A stretch of 63,932 nt of DNA, the filler included, from Sluysia triapertura (Eukaryota), in NCBI GenBank assembly GCA_046118255.1. It is 3 parts of 3 records of this genome, joined end to end, with 100 filler letters (N's around TTAATTAATTAA, not from the genome) between each part and the next. Parts side by side here need not be neighbours in the genome. Positions count along the whole stretch, not along the records: positions 51,426 to 63,932 come from JBJNIA010102767.1; 2 more parts are not named here. One strand, written 5' to 3'. A program made the translations under genes and the position numbers. The notes beneath the pieces are model-generated. The model did no database searches, was not told the DNA's origin, and worked only from the letters and a program-made list of their open reading frames with translations. Shown here piece after piece: positions 51,581 through 63,932 of the stretch. The number at the start of each line of letters is the position of its first letter. The stretch's first letter is position 1.

Positions 51581-54500
51581 TTAGAGAGACTCAAGTTGGC
51601 CACCACACGCATTACACAATAGAAATAATTTTGAATTTTTTTGACGTTTGGTATCAGTACCATATGTAAGACAGTTTTCTTTGAGATCGGATGTTCTTAC
51701 AGAATCGTATTTTTATTAGTAAATTTGATGTTAACTGTACTGGAAAAAATGTATGTTTTTGGGGAATGTTAATAATATCGAATAATGTCGAATAATATCC
51801 ATCAAAAACGATAATGCTAAGTTATACATTTGTTATAGAGGTAATAATTATTTGAGGATTTTTAATTATTTAATTTAAAAATAATATGGTGTGCGCGTGT
51901 GTGTGTATGTGTTTTTTCATTTTGTTTATTAATTTGTTAATAAATTAACAAAATTAATTTGTTTTTTTACATTTCTCTGTTCATTTGTAATGACTTATTG
52001 GACACACCACATTTTGTTGCGGTGTGTACCAATTATGAAATGGTATAATCGGACTCGTAGTAGAGAGATGTTCTAATTTCGAATCAGATTTTATATTAAA
52101 ATGTGATTAAGTGCATTATACAAATCATTAGCATCTGAAATTATACCATTAGAATCTGAAGGGAATTGCATATTATTATTATTATTATTATTATTAATAT
52201 ATGTATTTATTAAAAAATGATTTTAAATTTTTTTCAAATATGGCATCTGATTAGAAGATTGTTGCAAGACTTCTTTAAAATAGTAATCATTTTAAATAGT
52301 GACTCATCTGATGAACCAAAATTCGATTAGATCTTTATTTATAACACTTATTTAAATAAAAGAAAATAAGACTTATTTTTGGAGGTGTCCTTTAAATCTC
52401 TTGATCGAATAAAAAAGAATATTTTTTAAAAATTGGTATTAAAATAAAACTATAATAATTAATAAATTTTAATTCAGCATTATTTTGAGTATTAAATTTC
52501 AGTTTTTATTAGGTTTTTTGTTTTTATTTTATAAAGTTAAAATCATTGAATATTTAAATAAGAATAAATTAACAAATAAGTAAACATTATAATTAATAAC
52601 TAAATTATTTTGATGCTATACTTCGGCTAATGAAAATTAAGATAAAAAAGGTAAAAATAAGTTTCGAAATTTTGAATTAATTTTTACAAAAAAATAATTT
52701 CTAAATTACAAATAATAATAATAATAATATTAATTCATTTTGTAAAATTTAATAAAATTAATACAATAATTTTTCATCGAAAATATCAATGGAAATATAA
52801 TTGAGTTAAAAATTTAAAAGACAATCTGACTGTGTCTTTTTTTTATTTCTTATTTAATTAAAATAATAATGTTATATTAATAATTTTGGAATTTTGTCAA
52901 AAGATATTTGATGTTATATATTAAATATCAAAATAAGTAACAAAAGAAATAATATTCATTTACATTTATACATTTTTTCTAATTTATTGATTTTATTTTA
53001 TTAATTTAAAAATATTAATATTTAATTATTATTATTATTAATGTTTATTTGTATTATTTTAAATGTGTCTAAATTTAAATAAATAGAATATTATTAATAT
53101 AATAAATATTAATAACATAATTTACTGTAGAATGAGTACAGAATGAGTACTTTATTTAAAATAAAAATTGTTAATTTTATTTAAAGAACAACTTACAAAA
53201 TAAATATTGATTTAGGGTTCTCTTATAGTACACGGTTTGTACCATTACGAAAGACGTACTGAAATCTTATTAATTACAACTATTCTATTCTTAACCTTTT
53301 TGTTAAATTGCGAATTATTTTTTGATTTAATTCCACTCTAGTTTATAAAATGTTTGTATATCTTGATTTAATTTAACATAGAATTATCTATATGGCTTAT
53401 TATTAAATTATTTGTTTATTAGTTTATACTTAGTATAAATGATACTTAGGATTAGTTATAAAAATTTAAATCACTTTTCAGACATTGATTTGTACAATAA
53501 TCAATATAATAAAATTTTAAAAAACACACTATAATAAATTTGACTATTAAGATTACTCTTAATATTTTTAAAATTGATTTTAATGCTAGCTTTATCCTAG
53601 CAGCAAAACTTATTAATGATTTTATATAGCAGAATAATCCTTAAATTAATTAAGCATCAAATCTTATAGTATTACAACTTCAAAAATTTGTTTTAAATAA
53701 TGTTGATTAAATGCCACGAAAAATTAGAATCAGAACTGTATGCAATAACTTGGTATTTATAAAACCATACTAACGTCGTTGGCGAATTTGTAAGTAATAA
53801 TAATGACCTATTTCTTTTTGTTATTTATCTATTTACCTTTTTGGACTCTTTATGTATGTTCCACGCGTGCCTCATCTGGTTTATCGCAGGTAATAAAATT
53901 TATTACTAATTTCTTATTTATATGTTTATTACTTAACCGAATTTTTTCATTTACATTTATACATTTTTTCTAATACAGATTCAAAACTCGTATCAAAAAC
54001 ATTTGTAATTAACTGTATAAAATATGCATCGTTTAAAATATAAATCGTTTACAATGATTTTTTATGTAAAAAAAATAAAAAATATCAAATAAAGTTTAAA
54101 TTTGTTTTGTTTTTAGTTTCAAATAAAAATACAATTTTTAAATTGATTAATAAACTTATGATCAATAATAACAAAATACAAATCAATTAATTGTATTAGT
54201 AGAAAAAAAACTAAATTACTTTGAGTAGTGTAGTAATCATTTCTTAAGTTAATCTATAAATGTCCATAATTCAAAAGCGACCAGTTCCAATCGTCAAAAT
54301 AGAAATGCTAACTAATGCATGTTGAAAAGTTATATGCATGTTTGTTTAATTAAATGTCATATCATAAGTGTGTTTAAATTGTCTGCAGATACTAATGGAT
54401 TATGAATTAAATGTATATATTGATTTTTATTTAATTATCATTAAACTATAAAAAAAGATAAATTAATTGTAATAAATTATTGATTTTTTTATGACAATTT

Positions 54501-55968
54501 TTCAATTTAATGAATAAATGAATAATAATAATAATAAAATAATAATAATTTTAAATCATTTAATTAAATTATTTTAAGCAATAGTGATGAATCATAAAAA
54601 TAAAATATACATTTTTTTGGTTTTTGTCCGATGGAAGAAAAAATTACTGTTTTTTCCGGATTAAAAATTTTTAATTATCTTTTAAGAGGAGTGTCATAAT
54701 CCGGTGAAGTAAGTAGGCTAAATAGATACTTTACGAAATTTTTTTAGGATGCGTCATACAGTGATTAGGGTAATTAAAATTTCATAAATGCATAATAAAA
54801 ATATTATTAAAACTTTTAATTAAACATTATTTTTTATTGACAGTGCAAAAAAACGAATAGACAAAACAAAAATACTAAGAATAAGCGTATTGATATATCT
54901 ATTTTATTAAGCCTTGTTCGTGAAATTTTTCATTATTCATATACAAAATTATAGTTTTCATTTATAAAAATTTAATAATAAAATAATTATTCTAAATTGT
55001 AAAATTAATAATTTTAATTAATTTATTTATCGTAAATTAATTAAAGTTAAAATTTTAAGTTTATATTAAAATTATAATTTTAATTTATGTATGCTTTACA
55101 TTTTATTTATTTATTTATTTAATTTATTTAATCCAAAATAAAATACTATATTTAAATGTATATATTTTATATGTAGTATTTTTGTTAGTGTATAAATGTG
55201 TTTTATTTATCTATTAATTGTTATATTGATTTTTCCATTGAATATTTGTTAGTCATTTTTGTTTGTATTGGAAGAAAGAAAAAAAACTCAATATTTAATA
55301 CAAGTAAAACAAACTAATACTAATAAAATTAATAATTTCGTAATGAAATATAAATTATAACACATTCTTATTTATATTTGTTAAATTTATTTGGAAATTT
55401 ATTTAAAACCTAAAATTCACAAAAATTCTATATCAAAGTACTCAATAATTACAAAGACAAATGTTATTTTGAAATCCATATGAAAGTAAAAAAAGAAACA
55501 AAATCGAACTATTGACATTTTTGATTAAGTAAATCCTTTCATTTGATAAACCATTTTTAAATTGAGATATAATTTTAATATTTAGTACTAGCATTAATAT
55601 TTCCAATTTTGAACTGGCTCTATTGAGTTGTATCTTAATTTATCGATTAATAAAATAGATAATTCTTGTGTAGCTGCATCAGTGATACGCTTTATGATTA
55701 TTATATTGATATATCGATTATTTATTATTATTATTATTATATCAATTTTAATTAAATATTAAACTATATATTATATTAAACTATATTAACCTTAAAACAA
55801 TCATAAAAATAAACCCTACAATCTAAGTAGCTGTCCAAATTTAGTTTAATATAAGTAAATATTAACATTTTTTATTTATCTAAAATTAAATAACACATAC
55901 AAAAGAATATATGAAATAAATGTTGTACAACGTTTTTCTAAAAATCAATTTTTTTGCAAGATATCAAA

Positions 55969-56005
<37 letters not shown>

Positions 56006-57079
56006 ATTATTTAAATAATTTTTGTAAATGAAAATTTTTTAAATTTATTTGTAAAAATAGATTAAACAAAGCTATTAATGAAAATAAAATATTCACTGAT
56101 ATTATAATAATAAATATTATTATTAATATTTAAATCGTTGCGGCCTATTTGATTGGCTATAAATGTATACTGTGATTTCATTAGAGCATTATTTTAAAAT
56201 TATTATTATTTTTTCCACGACTATCCTGAAATATTCACAAGCTGGCTTAATGCTCTTCTAATGACTAGCTAGTTTACGGTCTTAATTATGATATTTATAA
56301 GTAATTATTTTATGAAAAAAATTCTTTCTATTAGCCAATTATAAGTTAATAAATTAAAATATATAAAAAAATAGACATTTTTTAGACATAGTTTTTTGTC
56401 TACTTTATTAGTCGCATAAGGGTTTAAATAATAATTATTTATTAGAATTATTTATTCTAACATAATTGGTTTTTGTGTGTCATGTTGTAATTTTGCAGTT
56501 TTCGCTATAATCGTACTTACAATGTTGCAACAACTTTTTCTTTATTTTACAGAGATTAATGACACCATTTAATTAATTTTATCATTAATTATAACAATGG
56601 TTAGACAAAAAGAAAATATAACAGCACAATTTCAGACCATAGTTTAATATTGTCCATTTATCTTTCCATATTCAATTGGCTCGGGACGGGTTTTTTCTTA
56701 AAATCAATTTTTTTGCAAGATATATATAGAAATATATAGTGATATATAGTGAAGCAGTCATTACAATGAATGAATGATGGAAAATGTCTACCATTCAATC
56801 TGAAATGATTTTTAGAAGGTTTTTCTTTTTACTTTTAGTTCTTTTAGTTTTTCTTTTAGTTCTTTCTTGAAGTCCATAAGTGAAATATTTACCGAATTTT
56901 GTATCTTGTAAGGGCAGTATGCATTGAAGATGGTAAAATCCAGAATATATAAAACAGTTTTTTTATACAATGTGGCTTTTGTTTGTCATCTTTAATTTGA
57001 TATAAAAATTACTATTCTTTGACGAATCAGCTTAAAAAACTATCAGAAATGGTTAAATATCGTACTGTTCGAAAATTTA

Positions 57080-57500
57080 TTAATAAATATAGAGTTAAAC
57101 TAATATATTATTTGTTGATAACTAATAATATAGATTTTAACTTTTCCATATAGAAAAGTTCGAAAATTACAATTACTATAAAATCAATCAGTAAAAGGAA
57201 GATCGCAAATAACATCGTATCTTAAAGAATTACATTGGTTACCAATAAAAGTAAGAGTAAAATTCAACATCATAACAATAATTTATAAATGCTTACATTA
57301 TGGATGCCTTGAATTTCTTTTGGAAATAGTTCTGTATCAAAATGAATATGTCATTAAGATATAATAATTTAAGCAGAATCTACAGTGGTAATAAGCTAAG
57401 CTACCAGAGAATGTTAAATTACTGAAAGATTATAAAATATTTAAAAAGATAAAGTTCTTTTTATTTCAGTAATATTATAATGAATGATTTATTTTAAGCA
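57080..57500 (+). mobile_element. L2/CR1-clade LINE ORF2 C-terminal remnant
   Basis: ITSYLKELHWLPIKVRVKFNIITIIYKCLHYG matches the HITPxLxxLHWLPVxxRIxFK motif; homologous to 21640-21830. Confidence 0.8.
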
Positions 57501-57513
57501 TTATTATTATTTC

Positions 57514-57587
57514 ATTGGTTAAAATTTTATTGGTTAAAATTTTATTGGTTAAAATTTTATTGGTTAAAATTTTATTGGTTAAAATTT
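57514..57587. repeat. 15-bp tandem repeat x5 (ATTGGTTAAAATTTT)
   Basis: Read directly from sequence. Confidence 0.95.
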
Positions 57588-60580
57588 ATTTTATATAAAA
57601 TAAACTTTCAAATATTAAACAATGTAATTAAAATAATTTATGGTAAATATTTATAAAAAATTATACATTTAAAAATAAAACGATGATTACTTTCCAAGTG
57701 TTGTTTTATGCACTTTTATAGCAATTGAAAAAGTGTTTTTTGTTTTTACAAATTCATTGTGAATTTATTGGTTAGTTATTTAGTCTAATATCAATTAGTC
57801 TTGCAGTATATAGCCTTAAAAGGGCCAATTAAATTAATTGTAATGAAGATAATGAGTGATGAGAACATCGAACTACACAAAGAAAGTTTGATTTCCAATG
57901 GAATAGAAAATTGACTATATTTATAAAAAAATAATTAAAATAATAAAATATTTTCTTACGAAAACAATGTTTTTTAATTTTCTGTTATAAATTAATACTT
58001 AAATATTTAAATTAATGCATTAAAAAGTGATTAATTGTCTAAATTTTAAAAATCATCTTAAATTATTTTCTCATATTGCAAAATAAAGTTAAAAATTAAA
58101 GAAGATAGTTGGAAGTTTAAATATATTAAAATAAAACGATTTTTTTAATATTCGCCGTACAGCACTTGTATATAAGATGTATCTTTAAGTCAATATTTAT
58201 TAATAAATAATTGATAAACAAGAGACATTCACAAAATAAAGGTCAAAATGTGTCTTTGGATTGATACAATTATGCAAATAGATAAATTTATAAAATTTTT
58301 AAATAAAATTTGAAAGTATTTTTTATTTATAATGATAATATTTATGTAATAAATTAAATTTAATAAAATTTTATGGTATAATGCTTGTAAAGTATGAGAA
58401 TACCAAAGAAGACGTATATATCCTTCTTGATTTTAGTGATATGTTTTATAGTTTTATGAGTTCTTATTTCGAAAATGTTTTAGCTTCATTTTATCTTTAT
58501 AAAAGATTTATTATGAATATTATTTTAAATCGTCTCAATAGTATTAATAATAATAATAATAATAAAAATAAAATAATAATAATAGTCATAATGTATCAAT
58601 TTCTGGTCACGTTCAGAATAGTTTTCACACTAATTATTTTCATTTGAAAAATTATATTTCATATTCCAAAACTGAATTAATATTTTTCGTAATTATTATT
58701 TATTATTAAAATTAATAACATTTTAAAAAGTAAACATTTTATGTTATGTTTTGTCAGAAAATTAAAATAATACAACACATATATAATGATGGTCTAAATA
58801 TGTCAAGGAAATGCTATGTTTAACTGTCAAATTTTGATACAGTAAATTTAAACAAATTATTTGATATTTTTATATATTAATACATTGTGGTCAGCCCTTG
58901 TGTGCCGATGCATTATGTTTCCAATTGATACTTTTATTGAAAAATGTGTGTGACTTTTATTGTTTCGCACATGTAAGCCTAGAATCAAAGGTCAAAACTG
59001 ACGAACTAAATGTCATTGTAGAGTCTGACTCATTTCAGAATGATTATAAATTATAGTTGAAGTGTGAATTCATTTAATAAAGTGACAAAGTTTGATGAAT
59101 GAATTCCATAGGAACTGAATAAAAAACAAAAACAAAAACTAGTTTGTTGTTGCTATCATCTCTTTCACCAAAGACATTAATTATAAATCTAATTTACAAA
59201 ATAATTTTAAGATTGAATTGTTGCAAAATAAAATAATAAATTGAAATAATTATAATAATTAAATAATAATAATAATAAGTAAAATTAAAATAAGCATAAC
59301 AAATTATATAATGTGTACAATTTTATTCCAATAATTTCAAATTTAAAAATAATTGGCGTCTTAACTTTTCCACATAGTTATAGAATTGAATTTGAAAAGT
59401 GAAACAATGAATTATTTTGCTAAGAAAATGTCTAATATTTTTTATAAAATAATTAATTATTAATAAAAAGTAACTAATACATATTAATAATAATAATAAT
59501 ACATAATAATAATAACACATATTAAATAACAAAAAACATTTTGTAATATAAATGTTTATTATATATTTATCATTTAAATATTTATCATTTAAATATTTAT
59601 CATTGTCTAATATTAAATACTTTTTATGCTACTCTTTATTGAAAACACTAAATATATTTCTTAACATTTTTCTTTATGTATTTTACCCTAATCCAAGCTG
59701 AAAAGTGGGCAATTTTTGGACATTTATTCAAAAATTAAATATTTCAGTTTGATGACTCAGCGATTCTTAAACACTCGCCTTCGAACGGTTCCTGTAACCA
59801 ACCGTAAAATCCGAGTTTTGTCGGCTTCTGCACACTAGCGATACTATGTGCAGAATGTGTTAACTCGTTTCCCACAGCGAATGTGTTATTATAATATTTA
59901 ATATTTACAACAATTACGTATGGAATGGCACATATTAAATATATTTTGAAATCTATGAATAAATGAGAGTAATAAGAAATTATTATCGATTAAACCACAA
60001 TTATTATTGACTAATAAGAAATATAAATGGTCAGCAATCCAACCAATCACTTATTCTGAAGAAATTAAGTCGTAGAAATTCCATAAGGTGAATAAGCCAA
60101 TTATTGTGGATGTGTTGTGTTTTTATCTTTTTAATATTTTTTAAATCAACAACGATATTTATAAAGCACAATTAAATGAATCTGAATCTCAGTATACTAA
60201 AACGATATTACAATAGAAATTAAATAAAAGTTAAATCAATATAAATAAGTATTATTGCGACAATTAATTATAATTATTGTATGTCAATCTCAAAATAATT
60301 CAATTAAATAAAAATCAATTGTAATACTCAATCTCAGGGTTAAGAAGCATATATAAATGTTAGTACCCAAATAACAATAAATAAGCAATAAAAAGTCAAG
60401 ACCCGACTAATCACAAATAAGTTGACTTAAAGTTAAAGTTAGTCAAATTTCTAAAAATCTGTAAGATCACTGTTTGTCACTGTTATATTGAATTAGTCTT
60501 CTTACAGTAAAAATAATAACTATTGCAATAATTTCTGTGTTAAATGGTAGCAAAATGTGGTTCTTTACATAGTGTTTAAA

Positions 60581-60713
60581 TAATTGCTAGAAAGTCGAAA
60601 ATTCGACTTAATTATTGTCCATAACGACAACACATTTTTCTTTCTTAGAGTCAGCCAGTTTTATTAATCAAATTTGAACATAAAATTTCCGTCGAATTTC
60701 AGTCTAGCAATTA
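60581..60713. mobile_element. Small MITE
   Basis: TAATTGCTAGA...GAAAATTCGAC / GTCGAATTTC..TCTAGCAATTA inverted termini. Confidence 0.5.
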
Positions 60714-61035
60714 TCCAAAGATAATACGTTTTGTGGCAAACAAACTCTTATCTTTTCAAAATAATAAAATTAAAATTTAATATCATAGTTATAATAATAC
60801 ATTAACTTACACTGAATATAAATCTATAAATCTGAAATATAAAACTTATTTTCACTAATTATTTTTGATACAATACGCAACACGTTAACGTCACACGTCA
60901 ATTTCTCTCACTGAACAATAATATGATATGTACTTTTACTACCTGTGCTCATATCATACATAGAAATTTAATTTTATTATATTGAGAATTAATTAAAACT
61001 GATGATTTTGCGTTATCTACCTTGTCGTGTTTCAC

Positions 61036-61687
61036 ACTATCTGGATGATCTCAACACTGATAAACTTTATAATTGTATTTCATTATATGTGAAATACATC
61101 ATGTAGAATAGTTATTGATCAAAAATGATGTTCAAATAATTTTAATTATATTAATTAATAAATATAGTTATACATATATGTAAAACATTTGAAAATATTT
61201 ATTCATTTACCTTCAAACTGCAAAAACTTTATCTTCTGACAATAAAAGAGTGTATGAAATCATCAAACTTTTCAAAAGGTTCTTATATTCGAATGAAGCA
61301 ACATTTCATTTTTCTGATTCAGTTAACCATGACAAAATGTATTATTTTTCCAATAATCTGAGTAGATCGAAATTTGACATTACCACATTTATTATTACTG
61401 ATAAAACAAAACTCAAAGTTAATACAAAAATGATACTCCGAAAATTTCTTTAAAAACTTTAACTGTTTCAATATAAAGTTTTTCTAAATATTTTTGAGCA
61501 ATTTGGTAGAATGTATAAGTCCCAACATTACTATTATTGAGATAAATCTGTCTCTATTCACTAGAGACATACACTTCTTCATGCGACATTTTGAAAACAA
61601 TATACAATATTACAAACATGTTCAAACCTGCAAACTCATCGAAAACGTACCTCTTGGTATTATAACTATGGAAATGTCCCGGATAGT
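61036..61687 (+). mobile_element. Internally deleted Tc1/mariner transposase remnant
   Basis: FLYSNEATFHFSDSVN (compare FSDEATFHLSGxVN), ISPNIT (SPDLT), RHFEN (GHFEH); ACTATCTGG / CCGGATAGT inverted ends, with TA at the right end. Confidence 0.6.
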
Positions 61688-62246
61688 ATAAATTAAATAA
61701 CGTTTTTTTCTTTTTAATGTTTATTAAAAATTTAACGGGAAATATATATACATATTTCCTTTCAAAATTCCAGTTAATCCATTCAAAATGGGCAAAAGAA
61801 CAATAAAATCACCAATGAAACAAATATCAAATAAATAAATAAAAAATCTATTATTTTAACAACACATTACCACATTATTTTTTTAAAAGAATCGTTAAAT
61901 GTTTTATTATAGTCGATGATTTTACATATAATGGCGCTAAAGTTAAAGAAATACCTTTAGTAATTTGTTATTTTATAAAAGAAACTTTTTTGCTATAGTT
62001 ACTCTATTTTTTTATAAAGTTTATAAAGTTTTTTTTAAACTTTTTAAATTTAAATTTTGCTTTTTAAATTTTAAAAAATTATAGAAAACGTTAGAAATTT
62101 CACTTAATACGGAACAATTTAAACAAATTTAATTAAAGTAATTAACAGTAATCTAGATAAACAACAAACTAAGCAAATAAACAAGGTTGAATTTTATTTT
62201 GAGAATAAAAATTGTAAAAATATAAATAACGCTAATAAATAAATAC

Positions 62247-63120
62247 CGTAATAAGTTACCATGGTTACCAATTTTATCTGCTCGATCTTCAGTAGTAACT
62301 GGATTTGAATTTGCTGAAGCTAATAGATTGTCTTTATCCAATGTATTGATTGACTTCGAATTATCTTCACCAGTTTTTGCTAATGTTATTAAATGTTTAA
62401 CTTCATATTTTGTAGGATTCAGTGCTTTACAAATATAATGCAGCATATCTAGTAGGTCTAAATATCTACCCTTGTAAATATCAAAAATACGTTCAACCAT
62501 ATAGTATTCATTTCTATAAAAACAAACAATATTTTCAGTCAATTGCAATTTACAAAACAATAATATTCTATTTTTTGTTTATCTGATGAAAACGTCTCTA
62601 GCCATTATAAATGTGCAGCGAATAATATGAATCATGTGATCTGAGAAAAATACTTATTAGTAATTTAAAACTAAGACTGACCATACAAACAAAAGAAAGC
62701 TTACTTGAAGGAAATGCGAAAATTTGTAATCATAAATTGAAACATTAATCACATGTATCGGATAAATCTACTTCTTGAAACATTAAGATGCGAAGAATCA
62801 AATGGAATCATTGCAATCAATATGATATGAATAAAAGACCATGCTGTAACTTATGTACCTACAAACAATTTTAAACCAAAAGTAAATTTTAATTTGATTT
62901 ATATGCAATTATTTGACTTTAATTATTGGAAATTATAGAATAATTAATAAAAGATTTGAAAAGATTATTTATTATACACTAGTTGTGCACTTGTTAAGAC
63001 CTTAAGTAAGGAGCATTTCTATTCAGATAAAATATTAGCTTGTACAGAAACGCCCTCTTCACGATATAAGATGTTTAATGTAACCGGATCCTGTTCAAAA
63101 TATTTTTCCGTAGGCTGAGT
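62247..63120 (-). pseudogene. Spliced gene fragment of unknown product with disrupted upstream exons
   Basis: Clean exon about 62513-62247 (NEYYMVERIFDIYKGRYLDLLDMLHYICKALNP...); 40-nt intron 62514-62553; upstream exon-like blocks (EKYFEQDPVTLNILYREE) contain stops. Confidence 0.4.
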
Positions 63121-63932
63121 GTTAGAAAAATTGGAAAATTATGAAAAGACCAACTCCAAATTTTATTGAAATCGACGTGCGACGTATTATATAATAGATT
63201 TTTATGAAAAATAAATTTAATATTTCATTAATTTTATCTTTAAGTTGATAAATTGTGTTAATAGCAGAATGTTAATGTAATAATGATGTTAATTTTTGAT
63301 TTAATTATGTTGAAAAGGTAAGGGATTGTTTATTACAATGAATTTGAAAACAGACGGAAATTACGACTGAAATTTAATTAAAAGAATGAATAATTTAATA
63401 GGTAATTATTTCCGTCTTTTCCAATTTCAAATCTCCTAAGCAATTATCCAACTACTGTATAAGCAACCAGATTTCTGTAGTAAAATTAGAAAAAAAAGAT
63501 TAAGTTAGCTGGACAAAAAAAGAAAAGATAGCTAAAATAGAAAAAGACTTTACAAAACTTTATCTCGATTAGGGACGCTGTCTCGACAAATTTGCGAATA
63601 ACATTGAAAATGAAGACTTATCTTCTGCAATTGATTAAAATTCAAAAAAAGTGGTTTTGTTTTTGTTAAGGTTAGTAATGTACGGTCTTATTATTTTATT
63701 TTTGTTTTTTTATCGCGTTGTGTCACCCCTGGATTTTTATAGATTTAGTATTTTATAAAGAGTTGATTTTAACTTTAAATTAGTGTGCTGAAGATATATT
63801 ATTATAAAAGAAGAGTTATTAATTGTGATAATTAAAAGATATATTGCGATTTTATATTGAAGTAATATTGTCAATAATATGTAAATAATATGTAAATAAT
63901 ATATCCGAACGAATATGTACATAAGAAAGAAT

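Noticed and set aside
52000-57000. Genes, tRNA/rRNA or CRISPR-like arrays in the very AT-rich stretch
   Set aside because: Only microsatellites and two short (about 30 bp) dispersed duplications; no repeat-spacer periodicity or RNA gene signatures.
58381-59532. Short F/I/L/N/Y-rich ORFs (58381-58647, 59323-59532, 63737-63922, 42236-42550)
   Set aside because: Composition expected from random AT-rich DNA; no motifs or splice support.

Overview
Very AT-rich metazoan genomic DNA with GT-AG introns, many only 34-42 nt long. This intron pattern is reminiscent of flatworm-like spiralians, but the host cannot be identified from sequence alone. The window is three contigs joined by artificial 100-nt N44-TTAATTAATTAA-N44 linkers (31463-31562, 51326-51425). 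Contig 1 carries 13 phase-compatible exons (1481 codons) of a CHD3/4/5 (Mi-2) chromatin remodeler whose C-terminal exons were not found in the window. Contig 2 starts with a C19orf47-like SAM-fold gene. The rest is a graveyard of decayed elements: Gypsy-type gag remnants, LINE 3' ends, piggyBac/hAT/mariner/Helitron-like termini and MITEs, and pseudogenised ORFs (Ras-family GTPase, CCCH and C2H2 fingers, ankyrin repeats, kinase exon, unknown proteins). Two signals stand out. (1) A gag-(pol remnant)-env element has an env resembling a chuvirus-type class III fusion glycoprotein (29150-30275). (2) A minus-strand architecture recurs: LINE-like 3' end -> AT/(TTA)n tract -> hairpin element -> intronless cargo ORF(s). 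Two of its hairpin elements share sequence and show compensatory base pairing. All family assignments come from my own motif recognition and manual translation; no database searches were run.
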